From Candidatus Poseidoniaceae archaeon (GTDB lineage Archaea > Thermoplasmatota > Poseidoniia > Poseidoniales > Poseidoniaceae), in contig CBFIJH010000003.1 in assembly GCA_965662895.1 (NCBI GenBank), positions 66,318 through 130,317 on the forward strand: a stretch of 64,000 nt of DNA, given 5' to 3'. The position numbers and the translations under genes were made by a program. The notes below the pieces were generated by a model that had not been told where the DNA came from, made no database searches, and saw only the letters and a program-made list of their open reading frames with translations. Below are positions 45,941 through 54,995 of this stretch, one piece after another. How positions within the stretch are numbered: the first letter of the stretch is position 1; every line of letters begins with the position of its first letter.

Positions 45941-48457
45941 TCATTCTTCTTCCATTGAAGGTGGAGGAGCAAGCGGCGGTAATTCAGGAACGAATTGCTT
46001 GTCTTCGTCTTGCCACTGTTTTTCAATCATAACCGTTTGGTCGACGCTCATTTCTTCGTCTTCTTCAGTCGTTCGAGTAAGAATTCCTACAGCTAAAAGA
46101 AGGAGAATGACAAGAATGACCAGGAGTGATTTCGGCCCAAGTAGCGAGGATTCTTCGCTTGAGGCATCATCAACATCTTCTCCAAGAATACAGTTTGGTG
46201 GGCAGTTGGAATCTCTTCCTGAATCTCCGGTGGTGTCGTTGCTGTTCTGATTTGTATCCTCAATGGGCGTATCGTCAACGGGAGTTGTTGTTGAATCACC
46301 GGTATTGTCTTGAGGTTCAAGAACAACGTTGACGCCGGTACGGTCACCGTTCTCCATCGGAATGGCGTAGTAGTCTTCCAATTGACTCAATTGAATGTGG
46401 GTATTCGCATGCATCGAGCCAGTGATCACTCCAAAATGACGCGTATCACCTGTTGTGAAAATACTGTTGAGGACGTTGCCTTGCATGCTTGAGTAACTGT
46501 CCGTACTCGATGACCATGTTGCTGCGACATCGTCAGGATTTAGGGCCATTGCCATTTCCATGTCGGCCAAAATAGTCGACCACGATTGCGTTCCTTCCGG
46601 AACCGAGCGGTCCGTCACATCCACGGCTTTGTTGAATCCTGGACCTTCAACCAACTCCCAATCGTCACCCTTCAATTGTGACATAAGGTCAACATCACCA
46701 AACACAGGCTGTCCATTGACGACCGTCAATCGGACGTCTGCATCAATGGCTTCAATCAAGTTTCGATATGGGTTTTCATGGAAGGTATCAATGACCACAA
46801 GGTCGGCGTATAAGCCGGGGTTGATGGTGCCAACAAAGCCATCCCAGTTGCTCGCAAGTGCTGGGTTTTTCGTCACCATTGCAGCAAGTTCGTAGTCGGA
46901 AAAGTAGGAATCAAGGTTGTTCGAATTCCACAGATCGGCAATCTTCAGTTCATGCAAACTGTTCTTTGAACCACTTGGTCCCCAATCGGGAGCAAGCGAT
47001 ATCCGAACACCGGCTTGGTCTGCTGCGACAACATCGGTTGTATCTCCATAAAGGAGCAGATTTGAGAGTGGCGACCAAGCGAGGTCAGCTCCCACTTCGC
47101 CCATCATTTCAAATTCGGTGGATGTGAGAGCAGTTCCATGGATCACAACCAACTCTCCAACAAGCAGATTGTTTTGTACGAGAATATCAAACTCAGCTCG
47201 GCTTTCCTCATCAACACCCTCGGAAAGGTGCAAGTACCATGCGTTCAAGCTTCCACTTGTGTTGCCCGATTTTATGTGATTGCCTTGATAATCAGACTCA
47301 AGGGTAGTAACTTTTGTGTGCATACCGTCGCCGCCAAAGTTGTATAATTCGATGTTCCGTGAGAGCATACTGTCCCAGGCATCCGTGTTGCTTGAGGGCG
47401 AACCTTGGATTGATGTAACGCCACCAGCAACAGCCATAACTTCTGCATACTTCATTTGCTCATCGGCCATGTTCCACATCGATCCTGATTGTACGAACGT
47501 CTTCATCCAGGAGATGTCACGTTTGTAATTTGGATTGTATTTCCATTGGTTTCGATTTGAATAGCCACCTTCATCAGATTTATCGTTTGTATGAACTTCA
47601 AAGTCCCACAGGGGGATGTGATTGTAATGGACATGGTTGTGCGTGTCGATTAGACCGGGGTAGATTGTACCGTTTGTTTCAACAACAGGTACGCCGGTTA
47701 AATCGACGTTTTGAGGGATATTTTGACCGGACCATACTGCGGAAATTTTACTGTTTTGAACCAGAACATTGCCATCATTGATGACATTGCTTTCAGCGTT
47801 CATGGTCACAACTCGCCCTTTGAGGAGCATGGATTCAACATAACCTCCATCACTAATACCAAAACATCCAATCATATTTTGGGCAACATCAAACGATTCA
47901 TCTTGGGAATATCCAGGTGTTGGAGGTCTAACCTTCCAAATCGAGCCATTGTCAAGTGGAATGTAGGAATTTCCGTACCAGGAATCTCTTTCCGGGTACG
48001 ACAATGCATCAACAAGCGTTCCGTCATCGGTATAGAGGTTCACCGTATCTCCGTCATAATAGTCCAGTTCGATTCGAGAGGCGTTGATGAACACTGAGAC
48101 GTAGCCACCTGGTTGGATGACAGTGTTGCGTGCAAGTTGACACGGCGCGCTTCCTCCATCGGCAATGTCGTCCAAAACCCAGTTGGAGATATTAATCGGA
48201 GCTGTTGTCGGATTGTGCAATTCAATGAATTGATCAGAAAATTTTCCATACTCTCCATCTCCATTCCAATCTGTAGCATTGTAGCAATTCGAACAGGTTT
48301 CGTTGTTTTTCATACTGTTTGGCGAGGCTAAGATTTCTGAAATGATAATGGATTCTGGTGAAGAATTTGAATCGTCTGTTTCTTCTGAAACTCCAAGCGG
48401 CGCAGCAAGAACGCCCAGAAGAAGAAACACGACAAGGAACGATGACACTCTGCTCAT
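45941..48457 (-). CDS. Secreted, membrane-anchored lamin-tail-domain + metal-dependent amidohydrolase
   Basis: Signal peptide; ISEIL...QFIELHN...ISNWVLDD (LTD-like); LIDTHNH, HLSEG, IHG, LAPDW amidohydrolase ligands; C-terminal TM. Start ATG 48457 (track 48523). Confidence 0.8.
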   Translation of the reverse strand: MSRVSSFLVVFLLLGVLAAPLGVSEETDDSNSSPESIIISEILASPNSMKNNETCSNCYNATDWNGDGEYGKFSDQFIELHNPTTAPINISNWVLDDIADGGSAPCQLARNTVIQPGGYVSVFINASRIELDYYDGDTVNLYTDDGTLVDALSYPERDSWYGNSYIPLDNGSIWKVRPPTPGYSQDESFDVAQNMIGCFGISDGGYVESMLLKGRVVTMNAESNVINDGNVLVQNSKISAVWSGQNIPQNVDLTGVPVVETNGTIYPGLIDTHNHVHYNHIPLWDFEVHTNDKSDEGGYSNRNQWKYNPNYKRDISWMKTFVQSGSMWNMADEQMKYAEVMAVAGGVTSIQGSPSSNTDAWDSMLSRNIELYNFGGDGMHTKVTTLESDYQGNHIKSGNTSGSLNAWYLHLSEGVDEESRAEFDILVQNNLLVGELVVIHGTALTSTEFEMMGEVGADLAWSPLSNLLLYGDTTDVVAADQAGVRISLAPDWGPSGSKNSLHELKIADLWNSNNLDSYFSDYELAAMVTKNPALASNWDGFVGTINPGLYADLVVIDTFHENPYRNLIEAIDADVRLTVVNGQPVFGDVDLMSQLKGDDWELVEGPGFNKAVDVTDRSVPEGTQSWSTILADMEMAMALNPDDVAATWSSSTDSYSSMQGNVLNSIFTTGDTRHFGVITGSMHANTHIQLSQLEDYYAIPMENGDRTGVNVVLEPQDNTGDSTTTPVDDTPIEDTNQNSNDTTGDSGRDSNCPPNCILGEDVDDASSEESSLLGPKSLLVILVILLLLAVGILTRTTEEDEEMSVDQTVMIEKQWQDEDKQFVPELPPLAPPPSMEEE

Positions 48458-48549
48458 GTTCGATGCTTGTCGATTGAGCACATCAACCCGTCGATTGAAC
48501 CTTTTGGTAAAATGCATGAGCACTTATACTGTGACCCCTAGGCTTAACC

Positions 48550-48912
48550 ATGGCAACAGTAGAGATGCATGAATCATCCTTCAATGATATCATTGAGGGA
48601 AACGACCTCGTCATCATTGATTTCTGGGCTGAATGGTGCGGACCATGTCGCGCCTATGCACCGGTCTTTGAACGTGTATCCGAGGAATTTTCAGATGTTG
48701 TTTTTGCCAAAGTTGACACCGAAGTTGAACAAGCACTCGCTGGTTCGTTTGGTATTCGTTCCATTCCGACGACGATTGCCTTCAAAGAAGGAATTGGTGT
48801 CTTCATGCAACCGGGGGCTCTCCCAGAGGACGCTCTCCGCGACTTAATCACCAAACTCCAAGGATTGGACATGGACGAAGTTCGTGCAGAACTTGAAACA
48901 CGTCAATCATAA
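48550..48912 (+). CDS. trxA: Thioredoxin
   Basis: DFWAEWCGPC, IRSIPT. Confidence 0.95.
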   Translation: MATVEMHESSFNDIIEGNDLVIIDFWAEWCGPCRAYAPVFERVSEEFSDVVFAKVDTEVEQALAGSFGIRSIPTTIAFKEGIGVFMQPGALPEDALRDLITKLQGLDMDEVRAELETRQS

Positions 48913-48964
48913 GATTTAGCATAAGGCGCAAAGCGTCATATGTCGGTTGTGAGACGATGGATTG

Positions 48965-50764
48965 ATGCGGGGCATCTCGTTGTTGTTGGTTTTTCTTTTA
49001 CCTTCCCTATTATCGGGATGTTTCGGAGAAGATCTACAAAATAATGCAGGTGAAATATCCGATATGATTTACCCCGAACCTTGGGATCGAAAAGACCGTA
49101 GTTATGACGATACGGATGTTTTCTCCCGAGTTACAACAAACGGTTCCTACGATATCGGACCTGTCCAATCAGTGTTCGTTCCGGTTCCGAGTATCACACT
49201 CGCTGATGGTGGCGCAGGCGCAACAGGAGGAGCTGAAGTACACCTCGGTCTCTGGCTCCCTGTGATTGAAGGGTGTGACTATTCTTCCGCAGACAACTTG
49301 AGTGAGTCGTGTCAAGTGCCGGTCATTGCAGAGATTGGCCCATATTACAGCGATGGAGATGTTGATGCCTTAACACCTGCAAACCGATTGGGTCGGATGC
49401 TCATTGAAAATTATGTTCCGCATGGTTACGGTGTTGCTCAAGTCTCGGTTTTTGGTACGGGTGAATCAAATCACTGCATGGATCTCATGGGCACCGATGA
49501 ACAACGTGGAATCGATGCTGCAGTCACATGGCTCGGAACGCAGTCATGGTCCAATGGAAACGTTGGAATTATTGGAAAGTCGTATGACGGATCAACTCCA
49601 TGGCAGGCAGCCACATTTGGCAACCCACACTTAGCAACAATCGTACCAATGTCAGGTCTGATTGGTGTGCATGAATTGATGTGGCGCAACGGTAGCATGG
49701 AAGCACGTGGTATGATTATGCACAACGGCGTTTACGGTTCGTTTGGAATTGATGGGGACGCGGAAGACAGTCATACATTGTGCGAAGGCTACATCCAAGG
49801 CTACGTCAACGGGCCCGCTGCTTATTTGAGCGGAGGAATGGTCGACTATGGAGGAAACACGTATTGGACAGAGCGCTCGTTTCTCGACCGTGTTCTCCAA
49901 AATTACAATGGCTCTGTTTACTTGATTCAAGGAATGCAGGATTGGAATGTTGACCCACACATGTCGTTCCCTGTACATCAGCAGGTTGCCGATGCTGGAA
50001 TCGAAATCAAGACTCTTGCTGGACAATGGGCACATGATTATCCCGACCGTGTTGAAGGCCACTCTTCTCAAGGAGAAGGTCGAGGGGCTGAAGCCTATCC
50101 CTACACACTTCGTTGGGATTGGGCGGATGAAATGCTGTACTGGTTTGATTGGTACCTGAAAGGAGAAGGACGTGCACCTACGCTTGGTGTTGAAATGCAG
50201 GATAATCGAGGCGGGTGGCGCTTTGAGCAAACCTATCCTCCACTCGATGCTGAACATTTGGAACTCACGGGAAGTGATCTTGCACCAACAGGTTCGACAG
50301 TCTCAGCAACCAGTTCTGTAACGCTGAGCTACGGACCTTTCGAAGAAGAAACACGTATCATTGGTATGCCGACCTTCCACATCGATGCTACCCCTAGCTT
50401 AACCGGAGGCCATCTTTTCATTGAAATGACCGATGGGACGGGTATGCATCTCGGGCATGCAGTTATGGATTTGCGATACCATGCTGGCGGTCGAGATGGA
50501 CAAGAGATTCTCGTTCCGTTCGCATCTGTCAATGCTTTGATGGAATTCATGCCGATGGATGTGGTGCTTCAGGAAGGAGAGGGTATTCTCCTCACAGTTT
50601 CGCAAACAGGAGAGGACTACGTTCCATCTCCTGCAGCATCAGGTGCTGTAACAATTGATTGGTCTCAAAGCACGCTCACACTACCGCTTATTGACCGAAC
50701 ATGCGAGGACTTGTTCCAGGTTCCAATGCTTGACTATTCAAGCGATGGTGGACGGCAATGCTGA
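48965..50764 (+). CDS. CocE/NonD (S15 X-Pro dipeptidyl-peptidase-like) hydrolase, predicted lipoprotein
   Basis: Lipobox LLSGC, GKSYDG nucleophile, [13 protein letters not shown]. Confidence 0.85.
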   Translation: MRGISLLLVFLLPSLLSGCFGEDLQNNAGEISDMIYPEPWDRKDRSYDDTDVFSRVTTNGSYDIGPVQSVFVPVPSITLADGGAGATGGAEVHLGLWLPVIEGCDYSSADNLSESCQVPVIAEIGPYYSDGDVDALTPANRLGRMLIENYVPHGYGVAQVSVFGTGESNHCMDLMGTDEQRGIDAAVTWLGTQSWSNGNVGIIGKSYDGSTPWQAATFGNPHLATIVPMSGLIGVHELMWRNGSMEARGMIMHNGVYGSFGIDGDAEDSHTLCEGYIQGYVNGPAAYLSGGMVDYGGNTYWTERSFLDRVLQNYNGSVYLIQGMQDWNVDPHMSFPVHQQVADAGIEIKTLAGQWAHDYPDRVEGHSSQGEGRGAEAYPYTLRWDWADEMLYWFDWYLKGEGRAPTLGVEMQDNRGGWRFEQTYPPLDAEHLELTGSDLAPTGSTVSATSSVTLSYGPFEEETRIIGMPTFHIDATPSLTGGHLFIEMTDGTGMHLGHAVMDLRYHAGGRDGQEILVPFASVNALMEFMPMDVVLQEGEGILLTVSQTGEDYVPSPAASGAVTIDWSQSTLTLPLIDRTCEDLFQVPMLDYSSDGGRQC

Positions 50765-50765
50765 A

Positions 50766-52757
50766 TTAAAACAGCGAGAGAATATCGCTGAACACCGTCT
50801 TTGCGTCGCCAGTCGATCGCTCCACCAAACGTCGGACAATGAGTTCTGGAGTTGAGCGAGCCAAGCAGTTTCGTTTTGGTGTTCGGTCCACAATCAACTC
50901 AAGGTGTTCATCCAATCCTTTAGCTTCAATCCCATCAATTCGCAACGCATCACCACCGTAAGCCTCCACAATTGCAGGGGCAAGGTGTGTGACGAGAACC
51001 ATACTTGAATCGGGTTGTTCGTTTGCCGCACGTAACATTCCAGCAATGATTCTCGCACCGGCACCGGGTTCTGTAATTGCCTCAAGTTCATCAGCGAGAA
51101 TCAGTTTAGGTTGTGGATTGCTGACAACTTGGGCGAGGTCGACCAAGGTTGTTTCAAGCGCTCCAGCGCTTTGCGTTCCACTTGACTTTGCGAGAACATG
51201 CAGAGCATCAACACGTCCAACAAGGGCAGTCTGTGCAGGTACGGGTAGTCCCATGTGTGCCAAAATGGTAATGTGTGCAACCAACTCCAGAAGCGTGGTT
51301 TTACCACCACTGTTGGCGCCCGTGAGAAGGGCTATTGGTTGCTGATCACCTTTCGGCGCAGCGAGTCCCAATCCGTAATTGACGGGTTGGACTTCACCAT
51401 CGATGAAGAGATGTCGCCCGTGTTCAAACCAAATGCCATGGTGAACCAAATCAGGTAGTCGCGCATTGTGATGCAATGCCCATGCTGCTATGCTGTACCA
51501 CATGTCGTGTTCAATCAGGCGCTGGATAGCTGTTTCACACAATGGTTTGAGATCGGCGAGTTTTGTCGCTAATCGGAGCAGGTGTTCGTTCCGACTGTCG
51601 TTGATTCTTCGCTCGAGTTCCTCATTGAGTTTATCCAAAACAGAACGATTGAATTTCACGGGCCAGTTTGATGCAAAGAGGTCGAATGGTGATTGAAGCC
51701 CACCGGGCTCAAGGAACGATGAGAATTCGCTACGCCCTTGCTCAAGGATGTCTGTGATAACATCCTCAGTTGCGGATGCAAGTTTTCTTTGGAACGTGGT
51801 CGCATCTGCAAGCGCTTCAAGCATGTCGGAACCCGTCAAATCAAGCGTTGCAGTTTCCATTCCCGCCGAGATTCGTCGATTCAAATCCTCCTCCATCTGC
51901 TTTGCCGTGCTCCAAAGTTCGTCACGAATCGATTCCATGGTTTCAACATCCGCTGAATTGCCCATCATTGCAAAGACGGTTGCGAGTTGCTCCAATCCAT
52001 TGGTTTCATCAAAGATCGATTCCAATGTGGGATGGATTGTTGTACCTTGCTCAATTCTCCACTGCATCAAGTCGAGAATCACCTTCAGCGTCTTTTTGTT
52101 GTTCGTAAACCAATCGAGTGTAAATTCGGGAACCATGACATCGGATCGACTGTTTTCAGGCAGGTTCAGCCAACCCGGAGGCAAATCCTCTGGACCATGA
52201 CGGCCAACCCATGTCACGGTTTTGAAAACGGTGTAATCCTTCCACGATTCTTGGGCACTAGGTGTGAGGATACGTACATGTTGACTCCATTCAGGATGCT
52301 CCAATTGACTGACGATGACTCGTTCATAACGTTGGGTTGGTCGACGAGTATAATTCAAGTTCTTGAAGAGAGTTCGGAGATGCGCAAATTCTTCTGGCGC
52401 TTCCTGAGCAAACAGCAACATTTGACGACAACGAATTCTGCGTTCATCGATTTGATGGCAAGGCATCAGCATTTGCATTCGAGATGAGCTTGCTTTGTTT
52501 GATGCAAAACCCTGCATTTGTGTGATAAGTTGTGCATGCAATTTTACAGCCTCTGTGGTTGCAAGAAACGATGTTTCTGCCCCATTGTATTCTCTCGCAA
52601 GGGCAAGAGCACGCTTGACCGAAATTCCTTCGACCTCTGCAATTCGCGAGATGTCCCCCGATTCGAGCGTTTTTAGGAGTTCTTGACGTCCTCCAAAATG
52701 CGAGTCCAATCGCTTCATCAATCTCTCGCCGATACCCGGTAAGTTCGTGAGCACCAT
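50766..52757 (-). CDS. Archaeal MutS-like ATPase with N-terminal HhH (MutS5/MutS2-like)
   Basis: LPGIGE and VEGIS HhH motifs, TGANSGGKTT, ADELEAITEPGA, LVTHL; no mismatch-binding domain I seen. Confidence 0.85.
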   Translation of the reverse strand: MVLTNLPGIGERLMKRLDSHFGGRQELLKTLESGDISRIAEVEGISVKRALALAREYNGAETSFLATTEAVKLHAQLITQMQGFASNKASSSRMQMLMPCHQIDERRIRCRQMLLFAQEAPEEFAHLRTLFKNLNYTRRPTQRYERVIVSQLEHPEWSQHVRILTPSAQESWKDYTVFKTVTWVGRHGPEDLPPGWLNLPENSRSDVMVPEFTLDWFTNNKKTLKVILDLMQWRIEQGTTIHPTLESIFDETNGLEQLATVFAMMGNSADVETMESIRDELWSTAKQMEEDLNRRISAGMETATLDLTGSDMLEALADATTFQRKLASATEDVITDILEQGRSEFSSFLEPGGLQSPFDLFASNWPVKFNRSVLDKLNEELERRINDSRNEHLLRLATKLADLKPLCETAIQRLIEHDMWYSIAAWALHHNARLPDLVHHGIWFEHGRHLFIDGEVQPVNYGLGLAAPKGDQQPIALLTGANSGGKTTLLELVAHITILAHMGLPVPAQTALVGRVDALHVLAKSSGTQSAGALETTLVDLAQVVSNPQPKLILADELEAITEPGAGARIIAGMLRAANEQPDSSMVLVTHLAPAIVEAYGGDALRIDGIEAKGLDEHLELIVDRTPKRNCLARSTPELIVRRLVERSTGDAKTVFSDILSLF

Positions 52758-52807
52758 CGCTCCACATCGATTGTCAAGGGCTTTTGAGGATAACCCTCAA
52801 AATGTGG

Positions 52808-54211
52808 TCATTCTTGATAATCCGGTAGGTTGAGTTCAACGGCAAACAGAGGGTCAACATGCGTCGAATCATGATAAGCAACGACAACACCTCCATCACG
52901 AAGGATACCTAAACTGGCAAAATCAAATCGAATATCGTTTCCAGCTCCAGATGTTGAATCGAGGTCGCCCTGCCCGATGTATGTGAGTGTGTCTGGCCTG
53001 AGGTCTTGGCTGTATTCCCTCGTGTGGAAGAGCACATCAACATCTGGCCCATCGCTCGATTGGTATCGTACATTAAGCACGAAAAGATCGTGCTCACCGT
53101 TGGCTTGGAATTCCCATTCCTCGATGCTGGAAGCAGCGTCTCCGAGATCGTAGGTGTAATTGTTCCAACTCACTGCACCATCCGTGGAGGAGTAGTGTGT
53201 AAAGGAAGTACCTGAGTTCGCAACACAGTGAATTGTTCCTGTCATGTCGATGTGGCAATACTCACTTGGGAACTGCACGGCCAACTCGTTCCAAGAAAGC
53301 GTGGTATCAAGAAACGCAGCGTTACCATTGTCGAAGTATTGTGGAAACAGCAGACCTCCACTCGGAACTGCAAATGCTCGCATCTCTTTGTGCGGCTTGT
53401 TGACGTCCCAGTGAAAATCCAACGATGCGTTGGTAAAGTCGAGGTCGACTTCGATATCGGGTTGTGAGGATGAACGTCCAGGGAATTGGATTGGATAGTA
53501 ATTCAAACCATCCACTGAGATTTGCCCCCCAGCATTTTGCGACTGATGCCAGAAATTGGAAATAACCAGCGATGCCCATTCACCGTCGCCGATGCTTGAA
53601 GAAATTGGTCCAACAACTTCAACTTGCCAACTTCGATCGTAAAAGGGCTCTGTGATTCGGTTGTAACACCACTTCCATTCCATTTCAGAATCATCGTAGA
53701 GGATTGCATAGAACTTGTCGAGTTTCAGGTCACCCCCCACGTAAGGGAACCACGACATCGAAATGATGTCTCCATTTGTTGCTTGTACGATGCTGCCCTC
53801 ACCAAGACCTTCCGTGCCAGGGTTGGTTGGAACAAAGGTTCGGCATTGCAAATCGGGAGTAACGCCCGGAATCCATGTGTCCCAGTCGTGGCCTCTGTCG
53901 ACCGACCAAACGGGATATTCTCCTCCGATATTCAAGATTGAACCTGAAATGGTTGTTGCAATGTAATGCTCACAGCAGTTCCCTCCCTTTGATTCATCGA
54001 AGACCGCCCACGTCATGGTGGTTGTCTCATTGGTTCGCAGGTCAACGGTCATGAATTCACGTGGAGATTCATGTGGCTGCTCATCGATGAGGACGTACTC
54101 TTGCCATGCTGGTTGGATTTCCTCGGTTTTTACAACGGTTTCTCCATCACCATAACATCCCGCTAGAACCATGCTGAGAACCAGCATGACGGCGAGAAAT
54201 CCTCTGCGCAT
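52808..54211 (-). CDS. Predicted lipoprotein with BNR/Asp-box (sialidase-like beta-propeller) motifs
   Basis: Lipobox VLAGC; Asp boxes SVDRGHDW and SSTDGAVSW. Confidence 0.65.
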   Translation of the reverse strand: MRRGFLAVMLVLSMVLAGCYGDGETVVKTEEIQPAWQEYVLIDEQPHESPREFMTVDLRTNETTTMTWAVFDESKGGNCCEHYIATTISGSILNIGGEYPVWSVDRGHDWDTWIPGVTPDLQCRTFVPTNPGTEGLGEGSIVQATNGDIISMSWFPYVGGDLKLDKFYAILYDDSEMEWKWCYNRITEPFYDRSWQVEVVGPISSSIGDGEWASLVISNFWHQSQNAGGQISVDGLNYYPIQFPGRSSSQPDIEVDLDFTNASLDFHWDVNKPHKEMRAFAVPSGGLLFPQYFDNGNAAFLDTTLSWNELAVQFPSEYCHIDMTGTIHCVANSGTSFTHYSSTDGAVSWNNYTYDLGDAASSIEEWEFQANGEHDLFVLNVRYQSSDGPDVDVLFHTREYSQDLRPDTLTYIGQGDLDSTSGAGNDIRFDFASLGILRDGGVVVAYHDSTHVDPLFAVELNLPDYQE

Positions 54212-54218
54212 GGTCGGG

Positions 54219-54986
54219 CTATTCCTCTGCCATTTTCAAATCCTTGCAAAGTTCGTTAAACATACGCAGTCCGGTCAGAGTATGACTTCCAAACCACGTC
54301 AAGGCTTCACCATCGATGCATTGCGTCCAAGGTCGTTGGCCGCCAATTTCTTCAACAGCGTTGGCAATTTCTTCCCCCTCCTGCTTTGAGAACTCATGCG
54401 GTTCGCTTGAGAGCAGCAATCCTTCAACCGAATGCGATGTGATGTGTTTTGGTGTCACCACAGGATAACCGTTCCCATCTGGCTCGATGTCGGGTACCTG
54501 AAATCCACACGTTTCAAGCAATGCTCCTGCGTACTTCTTGGGAGACACTGCCATGAGTGGGTCGTGCCAAATCATCGGTAAGACCACCGGGCCTTGTTCT
54601 GAGTCCATGCAGTGGATTTCATTGGAGATTGCTTCAGCAAGCATGCTCGCCTTTTCCAACCGATTCAATCGTTGGCCCAGTTGCATCAACATTTCGGGAA
54701 CGTCGCTCGGTCGCTCGACAGTGCTCACAAAGGTCTCGATACCAAGTTTGACAAGTTCGTCATGAATTTGTTTTGGGTTTTCTTCACGATCGAGAATGAC
54801 CAGATCAGGTTGAGCGTTTCGTATCTTTTTCAGATTCGGCGTCTTCGTTCCACCTACAATTGGGATTGCTTTCACGAACGATTCTGGATGGATGCACCAC
54901 GGTGTTCGACCAACAACATGAGAAGCATCAACGCCCAAATCCGCAAGCGTTAGCGTAAGACTTGGAACGAGCGAAACCACCCGCAT
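54219..54986 (-). CDS. Helical-backbone metal receptor (BtuF/FepB-like), no signal peptide
   Basis: RVVSLVPSLT, VVGRTPWCIHP, VGGTKTPN, PDLVILDREEN, LSSEPHEF, DGEALTWFG. Confidence 0.8.
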   Translation of the reverse strand: MRVVSLVPSLTLTLADLGVDASHVVGRTPWCIHPESFVKAIPIVGGTKTPNLKKIRNAQPDLVILDREENPKQIHDELVKLGIETFVSTVERPSDVPEMLMQLGQRLNRLEKASMLAEAISNEIHCMDSEQGPVVLPMIWHDPLMAVSPKKYAGALLETCGFQVPDIEPDGNGYPVVTPKHITSHSVEGLLLSSEPHEFSKQEGEEIANAVEEIGGQRPWTQCIDGEALTWFGSHTLTGLRMFNELCKDLKMAEE

Positions 54987-54995
54987 TCTTCTCCC

